Shown here: positions 43,841 through 52,912 of the stretch, piece after piece
How the letters are laid out: the number at the start of each line of letters is the position of its first letter
Numbering within the stretch: position 1 is the first letter of the stretch
Source of the DNA: an uncultured delta proteobacterium
Lineage (GTDB): Bacteria; Myxococcota; Myxococcia; Myxococcales; 40CM-4-68-19
Length of the DNA stretch: 64,000 nt
Assembly (NCBI GenBank): GCA_903911145.1
Contig: CAIWCD010000001.1
Location: 1 to 64,000 of the forward strand
Reading direction: 5' to 3'
The notes under the pieces: generated by a model
What the model was told of the DNA's origin: nothing
The model's database searches: none
What the model saw: only the letters and a program-made list of their open reading frames with translations
Position numbers and translations under genes: made by a program

Positions 43841-46432
43841 ATGCTGACGCCGCTGCCGATCGACGACGCGCTCCCCGAGATTCTCGCGGCGCTGCGCACG
43901 CACGCGTGCCTCGTCATCGAAGCGCCGCCGGGCGCGGGCAAGACGACGCGCGTGCCGGGGGCGATTCTCGATTCGGGAATCGTTGGTACTCAAAGCATTC
44001 TCGTGCTCGAGCCGCGGCGCGTGGCTGCGCGTCTCTCGGCGAGGCGCGTCGCGGACGAGCGCGGAGAGCGGGTCGGCGAAACGATCGGCTACCAGGTCCG
44101 CTTCGATGATCAGACCGGCCCGAAGACGCGCATCCGCTACCTCACGGAAGGCCTCTTCGCGCGGCGCCTGCTCGACGATCCGCAACTCACGGGCGTCGGC
44201 GCGGTGATCCTCGACGAGTTTCACGAGCGGCATCTGCAGACCGATCTCGCGCTCGCCGCGACGCTGCGGCTGATCCGCGCTGGAGCGCGACCCGATCTCA
44301 AGCTCATCGCGATGTCCGCGACGCTCGATGCGAGCGCGCTCGCGGAGCATCTGCGCTGCCCGTCGGTGCGCAGTGAGGGGCGGCGCTTCCCGGTCGAGGT
44401 GCAGCATCTCGAGCAGCCCGATGAACGTCGGCTCGAGGAGCAGATCAGCGCGGCCGTGCGCAAGCTCACCGTGCCGGGGACGAGCGGCGATCTGCTCGTC
44501 TTCCTTCCAGGCGCGGGAGAGATCCGGCGCGCACAGGAGGCCTGCGCAGAGCTCGCGACCCATCGCGGCTTCGTCGTGCTGCCGCTGCACGGAGATCTCT
44601 CACCCGACGAGCAGGATCGCGCAATCGCGCGCGGGGCGCGGCGCCGCGTGATCCTCGCGACCAACGTGGCGGAGACGAGCGTCACCATCGACGGCGTCAC
44701 CGCAGTGATCGATTCGGGCCTCGCGCGCATCGCCGGCCATTCGCCGTGGACGGGACTGCCCACGCTGCGCGTCGGGAAGATTTCGCAAGCGTCGGCAGAG
44801 CAGCGGGCCGGTCGCGCCGGGCGCACGGCACCGGGAAGCTGCCTGCGCCTCTACACGCAGCACGACTACAACACGCGCGTCGGCTACCACCCGCCCGAGG
44901 TGGAGCGGCTCGATCTCGCAGAGCTTGTCCTCTCGCTGCGCGCGCAAGGGACTGATCCGCGCGCGCTGCCGTGGCTCGATTCGCCGAACGAACATTCGCT
45001 GCAGGCCGCGGAAGAGCTGCTCGCGCGGCTCGGACTGGCTGCGGCGAACGGCGTCATCTCCGCGATGGGCAAGGAGGCGGTGAAGCTTCCGCTGCATCCG
45101 CGGCTCGCCCGCCTTGTGCTCGAGGCGCACGCACGAGGTGCGGGAGATGACGGCTGCGCGCTGGCGGCGATCTTGAGCGATCGCGATCTGCGAAGCCGCG
45201 AGGGGCGAGAGCGCGCGGGGCCGACAGGTGCGTCCGATCTCACCGAGTTGTGCGATCTGCTGCGCCAGGCGCGCATCTCGCGCTTCGATCCTTCGCGCAC
45301 GCGCGCGCTGGGTCTCGACGTGAACGCCGCACGCCGCGTCGATCAGGCGCGAGCACAGCTCGTTCGCGCGCTGCCGCGGACGCCGCAAACCGTCGCGCCA
45401 CTGCGAGAGGCGCACGCGCTCGAGACCGCGCTGGGCCTCGCTACGCTCGCCGCATTCCCGGATCGGGTCGCGAGGCGCAGAGCGCAGCACGGGAGCGAGT
45501 TGCTTCTCTGCGCCGGAGGCAGCGCGCAGCTCGCGCGCGAGTCGGTCGTGAGGGAAGCAGCGCTGATGGTCGCGGTCGATGTCGAGGAGCGAGCCGATCC
45601 GCGGCGGATGATTGGCACTCAATCCAATCGCGGCGCGCTGGTGCGGCTCGCTTCCGCGATCGAGCCGGAGTGGCTGCTCGACATCTGCGCGGAGGGCCTG
45701 AGCGAGAGCGTCGAATTCGAGTGGCATGAATCGCGCGCGCGCGTCGAGGTCTTGAGCCGCCTGCGCTATGGCGAGCTGCTCCTCGAGGAGTCGCGTCGCT
45801 TGCCCAAACTGGACGATGCGCGCGAATCCGCCGAGGCGCAGCGGCTCCTCTTTGCCGAGGCGCGCTCACTCGGCCTGACGAAATTTGCCGATGCCGACGC
45901 GATCGCATCGCTGCTGGTGCGGACGGCACTGATCGCGCGGACCTGTCCTGATGCGGGTCTGCGCGCGCTCGACGAAAGCGATGTCGAGGCCGCGCTTGGA
46001 GATCTCTGCGCAGGCGCGTCCAGCCTGGCCGATCTGCGCGAGCGCGATCTTCTCGGTCAGCTCGCCGCGCGCGCCGGACCGAACGCCGACGCAGCTCTCT
46101 CTCGCCTCACGCCAAAGGAGGTCGCGCTCCCGATGCGTCGCGTGCCCGTGCACTACACCCGTGACGCGCCGCCCTTCATCGAGTCGCGCATGCAGGATTT
46201 CTTCGGCCAGTCGCAAGGCCCTTCGATCTGCAACGGACGGCTCTTCCTCGTCTGCCATCTGCTCGCGCCGAACGGTCGCACACAGCAGGTCACGCAGGAT
46301 CTGGCCGGCTTCTGGGTGCGCCACTACCCGGCGATTCGTCGCGAGCTGATGCGCAACTATCCGCGCCACGCCTGGCCGGAAGACGGTCGGACCGCGACGC
46401 CGACGCCGCCGAAGCCGCGGCGGCCGCGATAG
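43841..46432 (+). CDS. hrpB: ATP-dependent RNA helicase HrpB
   Basis: APPGAGKTT, DEFHER, MSAT, ATNVAETS, QRAGRAGR, C-terminal LLAPN..TQDL.GFW..YP..R.EL..YPRH.WP. Confidence 0.96.
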   Translation: MLTPLPIDDALPEILAALRTHACLVIEAPPGAGKTTRVPGAILDSGIVGTQSILVLEPRRVAARLSARRVADERGERVGETIGYQVRFDDQTGPKTRIRYLTEGLFARRLLDDPQLTGVGAVILDEFHERHLQTDLALAATLRLIRAGARPDLKLIAMSATLDASALAEHLRCPSVRSEGRRFPVEVQHLEQPDERRLEEQISAAVRKLTVPGTSGDLLVFLPGAGEIRRAQEACAELATHRGFVVLPLHGDLSPDEQDRAIARGARRRVILATNVAETSVTIDGVTAVIDSGLARIAGHSPWTGLPTLRVGKISQASAEQRAGRAGRTAPGSCLRLYTQHDYNTRVGYHPPEVERLDLAELVLSLRAQGTDPRALPWLDSPNEHSLQAAEELLARLGLAAANGVISAMGKEAVKLPLHPRLARLVLEAHARGAGDDGCALAAILSDRDLRSREGRERAGPTGASDLTELCDLLRQARISRFDPSRTRALGLDVNAARRVDQARAQLVRALPRTPQTVAPLREAHALETALGLATLAAFPDRVARRRAQHGSELLLCAGGSAQLARESVVREAALMVAVDVEERADPRRMIGTQSNRGALVRLASAIEPEWLLDICAEGLSESVEFEWHESRARVEVLSRLRYGELLLEESRRLPKLDDARESAEAQRLLFAEARSLGLTKFADADAIASLLVRTALIARTCPDAGLRALDESDVEAALGDLCAGASSLADLRERDLLGQLAARAGPNADAALSRLTPKEVALPMRRVPVHYTRDAPPFIESRMQDFFGQSQGPSICNGRLFLVCHLLAPNGRTQQVTQDLAGFWVRHYPAIRRELMRNYPRHAWPEDGRTATPTPPKPRRPR

Positions 46433-46447
46433 TCGATCGCCTCGCGA

Positions 46448-47011
46448 TCAATGAACGGCGGCGCGAATCGGCAACTCGGCGATCAGCCGCGCCTCGGCAG
46501 CGGCGAGAGCATCGAGCCGCGACTGCCACTCGTCAGGCGCGACCTTCTTCGCGAGTCGAACGAAGAGCAGCGCGTGCCCGGCTTCAGATGCGGCGAGCCG
46601 CGCATAGAACAGGCGCAACTCTGCGTCTTCGATGTGCGTCGCGATCAACTCGAGCCGCTCGCGACTCCTCGCTTCAATCAGCGCCGAGACGAGCAACTGA
46701 TCGAGCATCCGCTGCTCTCGCGGGTTGCGAAGATTCTTGAGCAGCCCCTGCGCATAGGGATCGCCGAGATCGCGACCGATCGAGAGACCGCGCTTCTCGA
46801 GGATTGCCAGCACCTGCGTGAGGTGCCCGGCCTCCTCGCGCGCCAGCCGCGCCATCGCCCGCGCGAGCCCCGGCACCTCGGGAAACGACGAGAGCATCGA
46901 GAGCGCATGCGCGGCCGCCTTCTTCTCGCAGTGCGCGTGATCGATCAGCACGTCGTCGAATTTCGCGAGCGCAACTTGAATCCAGGCCGGGTCTGTCGCT
47001 CGCAGCAGCAT
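46448..47011 (-). CDS. miaE: tRNA-(ms2io6A) hydroxylase MiaE
   Basis: DHAHCEKKAA, EEAGH, DPY, LIEARSRER, FY..L.ASEAGH diiron motifs. Confidence 0.9.
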   Translation of the reverse strand: MLLRATDPAWIQVALAKFDDVLIDHAHCEKKAAAHALSMLSSFPEVPGLARAMARLAREEAGHLTQVLAILEKRGLSIGRDLGDPYAQGLLKNLRNPREQRMLDQLLVSALIEARSRERLELIATHIEDAELRLFYARLAASEAGHALLFVRLAKKVAPDEWQSRLDALAAAEARLIAELPIRAAVH

Positions 47012-47112
47012 GGCGCGCGAGCTAACACGGCAGCTCGATTCGCGGTAGTCGAGCTTCAAGCGACTGTTCGTCGCGGACGGGCATCAGCCGATGCGCAACG
47101 GAGAGCACGACG

Positions 47113-47847
47113 ATGGCGTTGTCCGGACCAGACTTCTTCCTCGATCGCGCGTCGCTCGTCGCTCGCGCACGTACGCTCGCGCCGACATGGGCATCGGCCT
47201 CGCCTCATCCGCACGCGGTGCTTGATGGTCTTTTTGGAGCAGAGATTTCGAACGAGCTCGCGTCGCTCTTTCCCGCGCCAGGCGCGGCCCGTTGGAAGTT
47301 TCGCGACTACGCGGAGCAGCGCCGCTATGGACATCTGCAGCAGTCGAATTTCGCCGACGTCGCGCCTCCGCTTCGCCACGCGCTCGCTGAGCTGAACGGC
47401 CAGGCCTTCCTCGATTTCCTCGAGGCGCTGACGGGGATTCGCGGGCTAATCGCGGACCCGCACTTTGTCGGCGGCGGGCTGCACCTGACGCCGCCGGGAG
47501 GTTTTCTCGGTCTGCACACCGACTTCAATGTCGATGCGCGGCGGGGCCTCAAACGCGTCCTCACCGCGATCGTTTATCTCAATCCAGATTGGCTCGAGGA
47601 GTGGGGCGGGCATCTCGAGCTGTGGCGCGCGTCGGCCACCCGTGCGGATGCGCGCATCGCGCCCCTCTGCGACAGGCTGGTCGTGATGGCGCAGGGAGAG
47701 AGCCACTTTCACGGGCATCCGACGCCGCTTGCGTGTCCACCCGATCGATTTCGCGCCTCGCTCGCGACCTACTATTTCGTCGCCGATCCCGACGCGGCCG
47801 CAGCCGGGCACGGCGTCGTCTGGCTGAATTCGCGCACGCAGGAGTGA
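47113..47847 (+). CDS. 2OG-Fe(II) oxygenase
   Basis: DPHFVGGGLH, HTDFN (HxD), YLN..W...WGG.LELW, HGHP, R.S. Confidence 0.9.
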   Translation: MALSGPDFFLDRASLVARARTLAPTWASASPHPHAVLDGLFGAEISNELASLFPAPGAARWKFRDYAEQRRYGHLQQSNFADVAPPLRHALAELNGQAFLDFLEALTGIRGLIADPHFVGGGLHLTPPGGFLGLHTDFNVDARRGLKRVLTAIVYLNPDWLEEWGGHLELWRASATRADARIAPLCDRLVVMAQGESHFHGHPTPLACPPDRFRASLATYYFVADPDAAAAGHGVVWLNSRTQE

Positions 47848-47932
47848 GCAGCAGCGCGCCGATCGCCGTTCGTGTTCACACAGAGTTTCGACGGGCGTGA
47901 AGGCAAACACGCAGCGCTGGTACAGTGCCTTC

Positions 47933-48493
47933 GTGCGCATCGGCGTGATCTCAGACACACACGGCGTTCTTCTCCCGCGCGTCCTCGAGCTGTTCGCGGG
48001 CGTCGATCACATCCTCCACGCGGGCGACATCGGCGACGAGGACGTGCTCAGTGAGCTGCGCACGATCGCGCCAGTGACGGCGGTGGCGGGAAACGTCGAT
48101 CGCTTCCAGCTCGGCGATGCGGGCCTCACGGCGCGAGTCACGCTCAGCGGTGCGCGATTCTTCCTCACGCACATCATCGATCGTCCGCGCAAGCCGCTCT
48201 CCAGCGTGGCGCGCGAGTTGCGACGCGAGCCGGCCGACTTCGTCATCTTCGGCCACAGCCATCTTCCCCACGACGAGCAGCTCGACGGTGTCTGGTTCTT
48301 CAATCCCGCCAGCGCCGGTCCGCGGCGATTCGACTATCCCTGCTCGGTCGGGATCCTCGAGGAGAACAGCGGCGTCTGGCGTGCTCGCCACGTCGGCCTC
48401 GATGCGCGCAGCGAAGCGGTGCTCGCGCGTGGCGAGCAGATGAACCAGCTTTCCCGCGCGCGCGATTCGAGCCCACCCGACTCGCAGATGTAG
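47933..48493 (+). CDS. YfcE/MJ0936-family metallophosphoesterase
   Basis: IGVISDTHG, HAGD, GNVD, GHSH, FNPASAG. Confidence 0.92.
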   Translation: MRIGVISDTHGVLLPRVLELFAGVDHILHAGDIGDEDVLSELRTIAPVTAVAGNVDRFQLGDAGLTARVTLSGARFFLTHIIDRPRKPLSSVARELRREPADFVIFGHSHLPHDEQLDGVWFFNPASAGPRRFDYPCSVGILEENSGVWRARHVGLDARSEAVLARGEQMNQLSRARDSSPPDSQM

Positions 48494-48553
48494 AGCTCGC
48501 CACCCAAATCGCCGATCTCGTTCGGACCGCGCCCAGCAAGGCCCGGAGCGTCT

Positions 48554-49135
48554 TCAGTTGAAGTTGATCAACACGCCGAGACCCAACGTGTCGACGCGGT
48601 CGCCCTGCGTCTCGTTGGTGCGCCGATAGAAGACCTCTGGAGACAGCGCCCACCGTCCGCCGAGACGGAACTCAACGCCGATCGCGTAGCTCTCGGCGAT
48701 GCCAAGTTCGATGGTGCCGCCGTTGTTGCCTGTCGCGATGCCGAGACCGAGCCCGCCGCGCGCGTAGACACCGAGGAGTCGATCCGTGAAGAGGAAGTAG
48801 CGCAGGCCGAGCATCACGTCGTTCGCAGTCAGAATGCCGAACGACTGCGAGCCAATTCCGAAGTCGGCGTCGAGATAGATCTGAAAACGACGGCCGAGCG
48901 AATATCCAATCCGCAGTTCGGCCCCGCCTGCGGCAACGTCGCCACCGATCGGCGCGATCTGCAGGCCACCGCCGAGGCCCCCCGCGAAATAGAGCCCTCG
49001 ATACTCTTCGACATTGCCCGTGTGCGGATGCTCCGCGTTCTCGGCGCGCAGAGCGGATGGCGCCGAGAGCACAAGCACGGCAGCAGCGAGAGCGGCGATG
49101 GGCGTCGAGAGGATGCGGAACAGAGGGCGGATCAT
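48554..49135 (-). CDS. Small outer-membrane beta-barrel protein
   Basis: Signal peptide, about 8 alternating Gly/aromatic strands, terminal strand GLGVLINFN. Confidence 0.75.
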   Translation of the reverse strand: MIRPLFRILSTPIAALAAAVLVLSAPSALRAENAEHPHTGNVEEYRGLYFAGGLGGGLQIAPIGGDVAAGGAELRIGYSLGRRFQIYLDADFGIGSQSFGILTANDVMLGLRYFLFTDRLLGVYARGGLGLGIATGNNGGTIELGIAESYAIGVEFRLGGRWALSPEVFYRRTNETQGDRVDTLGLGVLINFN

Positions 49136-49293
49136 GGACTCTCCTGCGCGAACAGTTCGTCGCGCACGCTAACGGAGTTTGCCGTGCGAGGGCAGCTTCC
49201 GTCGGGCCGCCGGTAGAGATCCGACAGGCAACGCGCTCGCGCAAGCGGGAGTCACTGCTTGACGCTGCCGGGTTGAGCGCGGATCTTCGGGGC

Positions 49294-50091
49294 GTGACCG
49301 AGCCCCGTTCGCATGCCCGCTTCGGCGCGCTCAGCCTTCATCCGCGCGCCTCCGCGGCGATTGGTTCGTTCTGCGCCGCGCTCAATGCGCAGCTCGCCGA
49401 ACCGCTGCGGCCCGACGAGCACGCAAGCTACGACGCGCTCCTCGCGGCGTTCTGCGCGGGCACGATGGAGCTCTGCTGGATGCCGCCGCTCCTCTCCGCG
49501 CGCGCGATTGCTCGAGGGGGAACGCTGCTCGCCGTGCCGCAGCGTGCGGGCTCGCTCATCTATCGCTCGGCGATTCTCGTGCGCGAGGACGGGCCGCTCC
49601 ATGAGCTTGCCGAACTGCGCGGACAGCGGGCGGCGTGGGTCGATCGGAGCTCTGCCGCGGGCTATCTCTTCCCGCGCCTCGAGTTGCTGCGCGACGGCCG
49701 CACGGCCGAACAGCTCTTCGCCTCCGAGCAGTTTCTCGGTTCGACCACGCGAGCCGCTGCTGCCGTCGCCGCCGGAGAGGCCGACATCTGCGCCTGCTTC
49801 GTCACCGAAGGAGCTGTGCACGATCAGTTTCACGCCATCGAGGATCTGCACCGCGCGCTTGGTCCCGTTGCCGATCAGCTGCGGATGATCCACCTCACCG
49901 GCCCGATTCCGCCAGACGGCCTCGTCGCGCCCGCTCAAGCTTCGGCGACGCAGAGGGAGAAGCTCACGCGTGCACTTCTCAATCTGCACGAACTCCCGCG
50001 CGGGCAGGCTGCGCTGCGTGAGCTGCTGCAGGCGATGAGACTCTGCGCACCACCCGAGTCCGTGCTCCAGTCGCTCGCGGTCTGGGGCTGA
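49294..50091 (+). CDS. PhnD-like phosphate/phosphite/phosphonate-binding protein (orphan)
   Basis: SYDAL, YRSAILVR, AWVDRSSAAGYLFP, PIPPD; start uncertain. Confidence 0.8.
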   Translation: MTEPRSHARFGALSLHPRASAAIGSFCAALNAQLAEPLRPDEHASYDALLAAFCAGTMELCWMPPLLSARAIARGGTLLAVPQRAGSLIYRSAILVREDGPLHELAELRGQRAAWVDRSSAAGYLFPRLELLRDGRTAEQLFASEQFLGSTTRAAAAVAAGEADICACFVTEGAVHDQFHAIEDLHRALGPVADQLRMIHLTGPIPPDGLVAPAQASATQREKLTRALLNLHELPRGQAALRELLQAMRLCAPPESVLQSLAVWG

Positions 50092-50115
50092 CGCGCGCGC
50101 AAGACCAATCGTGCG

Positions 50116-51225
50116 TCAGCGAATCACGCTCGCACACCAGCTCGCCAGAATCGCCAGGCTCGCCGCGGGCACGAATGACCAGAGAAGTCGCGATGGCGCG
50201 GGGCGCTCGATTCCGCTCGCAGTGCGGAACTTGTAGACGATGATCGCGATCTCGCTGGCGAGCACGATCACCGCCGCGAAATAACCGAGTTCGACGAGTG
50301 CCGAGAGAGAGACGGTCGGCTCGGTTGGGCGATCGAACATCAGCACTCCGAAGAGCACCGTCAGGTAGAGCAGCGACAGCGCGAAGAGTCCGTGCGCCCA
50401 CTTCACTCCTGCCTGTTTTCGCAAGCCCGCAAGTGCAGCCGCAACGAAGAGCGCGCCCAGGCCCAGCGCGGTCCAGAAGTAGATCGCGCCGGCCACGCCG
50501 AGGGGGATGAAGAGCAGGCTGATCGGCCAGAGCGCGACGGTGTAGCGCACGGCGTTGATGCGGGCAGCACGCGCCCCGCCCGGCTGGTTCGGCTGCACCA
50601 CGAGGCCTGCGCGCGCGTACTCGTCGGCGCGGAAGATCGCGATGGCGAGGAAGTGCGGCACCTGCCAGAGAAACATCAGCGCGAAGAGCAGCACGCCGGG
50701 AAGCTCGAGCCCGCCCGTCGCCGCGCTCCAACCGATCAGTGGAGGGATCGCTCCGGGCACTGCGCCCACGAGCAGCGCCGCGGCCGACCAGCGCTTGAGC
50801 GGTGTGTAGACGAGCACGTAGCTGACGAGCGCAACCGATGCGAGCAGGCCCGGCACGGGGCCAACACCGAACGTCAGGAGCGGGATCGAGAGCGCGGAGA
50901 AGATGAGACCGAAAAAGAGCGCGACGCGCGGCTCCATGCGGCCAGCAGGCAGAGGGCGGGTCGCGGTGCGGGTCATCAGCGCATCGGTATCGCGCTCGAG
51001 ATACATGTTGAGCGCGTTGGCAGCGGCGACCACGACCACCGTCGCGAACATCGTCAGCGCGATCTTCGCTGCAGAGAGCGCCGCATGCGGCGCGAACCAG
51101 AGACCGCTCGCAGTGGTGAAGACGACGAGCGTGGTGATGCGCGGCTTGGCGAGCGCGAGCAGATCGCGCGCAGCGATGCGCGGCGCGGCCCGCGATGAGA
51201 CCTCTGGCGCAGCGAGCTCGCTCAC
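50116..51225 (-). CDS. ctaB: Protoheme IX farnesyltransferase (heme O synthase) with a ~70-aa C-terminal extension
   Basis: LAKPRI, NMYLERDTDALMTRT..RPLP.GR, YTPLKR, GAVPGAIPPLIGW, WQVPHF. Confidence 0.95.
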   Translation of the reverse strand: MSELAAPEVSSRAAPRIAARDLLALAKPRITTLVVFTTASGLWFAPHAALSAAKIALTMFATVVVVAAANALNMYLERDTDALMTRTATRPLPAGRMEPRVALFFGLIFSALSIPLLTFGVGPVPGLLASVALVSYVLVYTPLKRWSAAALLVGAVPGAIPPLIGWSAATGGLELPGVLLFALMFLWQVPHFLAIAIFRADEYARAGLVVQPNQPGGARAARINAVRYTVALWPISLLFIPLGVAGAIYFWTALGLGALFVAAALAGLRKQAGVKWAHGLFALSLLYLTVLFGVLMFDRPTEPTVSLSALVELGYFAAVIVLASEIAIIVYKFRTASGIERPAPSRLLWSFVPAASLAILASWCASVIR

Positions 51226-52295
51226 GCGGCGACCGTGCTGGCGCTTCTCGGCATCCGCGCGGTGAGCGCAACGCAGACGGAGAAGAGAAGCGCGGCGACA
51301 AAGAGGTGCGCAGTGACCGCCCAGATGTCCTTGATGGTCGCGATGGTCGCGATGCCCAGCGCGATCTGCACGACCACCAGAATCGCCATCGCGATCGCGA
51401 GACCTGCGCCGACCCGATCATTCGCGCGCAGAGCCAGGAAGCGCACGATGGCCGCCGTTGCGATCACGATGAGGCCCACCAGAATCGCGAGCGCGCGATG
51501 GGCCATGTGCAGATGCACCGCGGGGTGCACGTTCGTCGGCCAAAGCACGCCACGGCAGAGCCACTCGATGCAGACCAGTCCTGCGCCGGTGTGCCGCACG
51601 GCCGCGCCGAGGACGATCTGCAGATAGATCGCGAGCGCCGACACGGGGAGCCAGATGCGCGCAAGTCCGCTCAGGGAGCCATCGCGCGGCGTTTGCGTCG
51701 TCGCATCATCTGCGGACGGATCGGCGCGGACGGCGAACCAGACGAGCACGCCGAGAAAGAGAATCGACGTCGCGAGGTGAAGCACGAGGATGGTCGGCGG
51801 CAGCTGGTACATCACGGTGACTCCGCCGAGCAGCCCCTGCGTGATGACGAGCAGCAGCGCGCCTTGCGCGAGCCGCGCCCCACCGCGCTCACGAATCATC
51901 GAGACGAATCCGAGCGCATATCCAGCGAGCACCAGCGCCGTCGCCAGAGGAGGAACCGCGCCGGTGTGATGCTTGGCAATGCCCGCCCACGTCGAGCCGC
52001 CGAGAATGAGCGGCATCGCGAAGAGCAGCGGCAGCACGAGCGAGCGCGGACGATCGAGCTGCGCCGCGAGCACGAGCAGCACGGTGAGGAAACCCACGCC
52101 CGTCGCGAGATAGCGGTGCCCGTGCTCCATCAGCACGCCGCCCACCAGCTTCGGAAACGGCGTCCCGAAGCAGGTCGGCCAGTCAGGGCACGCGAGGCCC
52201 GAGTCCGTGTTGGTGACGAGCCCGCCCACGGTGATGAGAAGCACCGTCAGCGTGACGGCGGTCCAGGCGATCGTGCGCTGAGAGTTGCGAAGCAT
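51222..52295 (-). CDS. ctaA: Heme A synthase (CtaA/COX15 family)
   Basis: GGLVTNTDSGLACPDWPTC, EHGHR, QGLLGG..HL, LGAAVRH, HMAHR, Q..LG..H; stop overlaps the ctaB start. Confidence 0.93.
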   Translation of the reverse strand: MLRNSQRTIAWTAVTLTVLLITVGGLVTNTDSGLACPDWPTCFGTPFPKLVGGVLMEHGHRYLATGVGFLTVLLVLAAQLDRPRSLVLPLLFAMPLILGGSTWAGIAKHHTGAVPPLATALVLAGYALGFVSMIRERGGARLAQGALLLVITQGLLGGVTVMYQLPPTILVLHLATSILFLGVLVWFAVRADPSADDATTQTPRDGSLSGLARIWLPVSALAIYLQIVLGAAVRHTGAGLVCIEWLCRGVLWPTNVHPAVHLHMAHRALAILVGLIVIATAAIVRFLALRANDRVGAGLAIAMAILVVVQIALGIATIATIKDIWAVTAHLFVAALLFSVCVALTARMPRSASTVAA

Positions 52296-52430
52296 GGTGA
52301 GTCACCTTGAGCACGACGGGCGCGAAGGCGGCTGCGGTTAGCAGAGTGAACGCAGGAGGGTCAAGGCCGCGCCCGCCCTGTCGAGCGCGCGCATTTCGCA
52401 GCGCCGATTCACCGCGCGAGAACTCGCCGC

Positions 52431-52459
52431 TTGACACGCCCGCGCGCCCAACGTATTCA
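52431..52459 (+). promoter_or_regulatory. Sigma70-type promoter of tRNA-Ala
   Basis: Perfect TTGACA (52431-52436), 17-nt spacer, TATTCA (52454-52459), then a GC-rich discriminator. Confidence 0.65.
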
Positions 52460-52484
52460 GCGCGCCGCTTTCGCATCGGTTCAA

Positions 52485-52560
52485 GGGCCCGTAGCTCAGC
52501 TGGGAGAGCGCTGCGTTCGCAATGCAGAGGTCTCCGGTTCGATCCCGGACGGGTCCACCA
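52485..52560 (+). tRNA. tRNA-Ala (anticodon CGC)
   Basis: 76 nt, GGGCCCG...CGGGTCCACCA; G3.U70 Ala determinant; D arm TAGCTCAGCTGGGAGAGC; anticodon loop TT-CGC-AA; T loop GGTTCGATCC; encoded CCA. Confidence 0.98.
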
Positions 52561-52590
52561 AAGTATCCCCCTGAACAGTGAAGCGGTTGA

Positions 52591-52623
52591 TGACACTCGG
52601 AGCCCGAAAGGGTTCCGATGTCA
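52591..52623 (+). terminator. Stem-loop downstream of the tRNA (possible terminator or processing hairpin)
   Basis: TGACA-c-TCGGAGCCC-GAAA-GGGTTCCGA-TGTCA with GNRA loop; no clean U tract. Confidence 0.5.
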
Positions 52624-52883
52624 CGATCGTTTGCGCCCCGCCGAGCACCCACGGACAGGACAGTCAGCCTGTGTGCGGAGCGAGAGCAGCGCGGCGACGG
52701 CGCACTGAACAGCTCTGACGCGAGCGATGGTTCACGAGCAGGCAAGCGCAGCATCGATGGCGAACTCGACCTGTGCGCAGAACGTGCGGCAAACGTCCAA
52801 TGATCGCGCAACGAGAGTGGAACAGATCGTCCAGCCTCCGTCGAGCGCAGTCTCGCGAATCGCAAGGAATCGCATCGGGCGAG

Positions 52884-52899
52884 AGGCACGCGAGTTGCT
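52884..52899 (+). promoter_or_regulatory. Putative sigma54 (-24/-12) promoter
   Basis: AGGCACG-CGAG-TTGCT matches TGGCACG-N4-TTGCW with exact GG-N10-GC spacing, 13 nt before the peroxidase ATG. Confidence 0.55.
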
Positions 52900-52912
52900 C
52901 CTCCGTGAGGAG

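Noticed and set aside
47113..47847. 2OG-Fe(II) oxygenase as the prolyl hydroxylase partner of the HPAT-like glycosyltransferase
   Set aside because: It is 43 kb away, belongs to a very common family, and nothing links the two genes.
43841..47847. hrpB, miaE and the oxygenase as an RNA-modification operon
   Set aside because: The genes alternate strands and are common housekeeping neighbours with no coupling.
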